A stretch of DNA of 64,000 bases. It comes from an uncultured Planctomycetota bacterium (GTDB taxonomy: Bacteria; Planctomycetota; Planctomycetia; Pirellulales; Lacipirellulaceae). The stretch is taken from NCBI GenBank assembly GCA_963719315.1, contig CAVRBU010000002.1, positions 1,504,001-1,568,000 on the forward strand. The letters run 5' to 3'. Shown here one piece after another: positions 62,652 to 64,000 of this stretch. Position 1 is the first letter of the stretch. Every line of letters begins with the position of its first letter. The translations under genes were made by a program, and so were the position numbers. Below the pieces are notes generated by a model. That model saw nothing but the letters and a program-made list of their open reading frames with translations, was not told the DNA's origin and did no database searches.

Positions 62652-64000
62652 TCACCCCAGCACATCCGCAAACACCGCCTTCAGCGCCGCCAATCCCGCC
62701 GCCGCCTTATCCGCGCCGATCACCACGTTCACGCGGATCTCGCTCGTGCTCACCATCTCGACGTTGATCTTCGCCTCGGCCAGTGCCTTGAACATCCTCA
62801 ACCCGACGCCCGTGTGACTGCGGATGCCGATGCCCTTTACGGTGAGAATCGCGACCGCCGGCACATCCTTCACTTCGCCGCCCAACTCGGCCGCAAGCCG
62901 CTTGAGCACGCCGCGGGCTTGTTCGACACTTTTCCGCGGCACGGTAAAGCTGATGTCGGCCAGACCATCGCGGCCGATGCTCTGCACGATCGTATCCACC
63001 AGAATACCCTCCGACGCCACCGCCTCGAAGATGCGAGCCGAGATGCCGGGTTGATCCGGTATGTCGAACAACGTCATCTGCGCCTGCGATTCATCGAGCG
63101 ACACGCTCTCGATCGCCAGGTCTTCCATCCGTTGCAACCGGGCTACGATATCCACCGCGTCGGCCTGCCGCGCGGGCGGCCGCTTATCGCCGAATGCCAC
63201 ACGGTCTCGCGGGGCGCGGTCCAACTCGAATTCGCTGTGAACCGCTCGCAGCGCGGCGAGCGCCTGCTCGCGTTTCACCAGGACCGAGACCTTGATTTCG
63301 CTGGTCGTGATGGCCGCGACATTAATCCCCTCGTCGGCCAGTGCCCGGAACATGCGGTCGGCCACGCCCGTCTGCGTCGCCATGCCGAGCCCCACGATCG
63401 AGACCTTCGACACGCTCGCATTGTGCAACACAGCTTCGGCGCCCAACTCATCGGCCGCCCTTTTGGACGCCGCGAGCGCCTTCGGCAAATCGTCCTCGAG
63501 CACCGTGAACGAAATGTCGGCCGCACCATCGGCGCCGGCGTTCTGCACGATCATATCGACGGCCACGTTCACACTGGCCAGTTTCGAAAAGATCGCATAA
63601 CTCGTACCCGGATGATCGGGCACGCCGGCGATCGTGATTTCGGCCTCATTTTTCGTGAGGGCGGCCCCCGTCACGGCCCGGTCAGCCGACTCCGATTCGT
63701 TGCCGATCACCGTGCCCGGCTCGTCGCTGAAGCTCTGGCTATTGCACACGTGGATCGGCACGTTGAACTTCTTGCCGAACTCGATCGAGCGGCTGTGCAT
63801 CACGCCCGCCCCCAGGCTGGCCAGCTCCAGAATCTCATCGTGGCTGACGCGGCCCATCTTGCGGGCCTCGGCCACCAGCCGCGGATCGGTCGTGAATACG
63901 CCGTCGACATCTGTGTAAATTTCGCATGCGTCCGCGTGGAGCACGGCCGCCAGGGCCACGGCCGTCGTATCGCTGCCGCCGCGGCCGAGCGTCGTGATAT
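62652..64000 (-). CDS. lysC: Aspartate kinase (5' end outside the window), long form with multiple ACT domains
   Basis: [36 protein letters not shown]; repeated ACT motifs TSEIKVS and TSEIRVN. Confidence 0.93.
   Translation of the reverse strand, partial: ITTLGRGGSDTTAVALAAVLHADACEIYTDVDGVFTTDPRLVAEARKMGRVSHDEILELASLGAGVMHSRSIEFGKKFNVPIHVCNSQSFSDEPGTVIGNESESADRAVTGAALTKNEAEITIAGVPDHPGTSYAIFSKLASVNVAVDMIVQNAGADGAADISFTVLEDDLPKALAASKRAADELGAEAVLHNASVSKVSIVGLGMATQTGVADRMFRALADEGINVAAITTSEIKVSVLVKREQALAALRAVHSEFELDRAPRDRVAFGDKRPPARQADAVDIVARLQRMEDLAIESVSLDESQAQMTLFDIPDQPGISARIFEAVASEGILVDTIVQSIGRDGLADISFTVPRKSVEQARGVLKRLAAELGGEVKDVPAVAILTVKGIGIRSHTGVGLRMFKALAEAKINVEMVSTSEIRVNVVIGADKAAAGLAALKAVFADVLG

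Overview
GC-rich bacterial window. The gene content (DUF1501, DUF1549/1553, DUF1552/1592, DUF1559, DUF1580, DUF1598, a PVC-type heme protein, a PEP-CTERM tail with a GDFNGNGVVDAADY motif, mch) points to a planctomycete, probably Pirellulales-like. Positions 1-8300 hold a decaying integrative, satellite-like element at the 3' end of tRNA-Val(GAC): tyrosine integrase, DUF1580 HTH protein, a tRNA-shaped non-coding element, a DnaB-N/AAA helicase, a truncated hsdM, a DUF6788 gene pair and an IS1182-like transposase. A second tRNA hotspot, tRNA-Ala(CGC), has a 48-bp att duplication and a remnant of a related integrase. The rest is mostly core genome (der, UDG, hemW, nrdR, truB, ftsK, serS, clpS, mtaB, gap, mch, cimA, valS, lysC), with two PIN toxin-antitoxin pairs, an MmeI-like R-M gene broken by an in-frame stop, a Cys-rich repeat protein and many REP-like palindromes. 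The two most notable items are the tRNA mimic with a duplicated loop motif upstream of the helicase, and an Ile/Val leader-peptide attenuator separated from cimA by an inserted TPR membrane-protein gene. Several single-base frameshifts in GC-rich runs look like sequencing errors. All family calls come from motif recognition by eye; no database searches were run.
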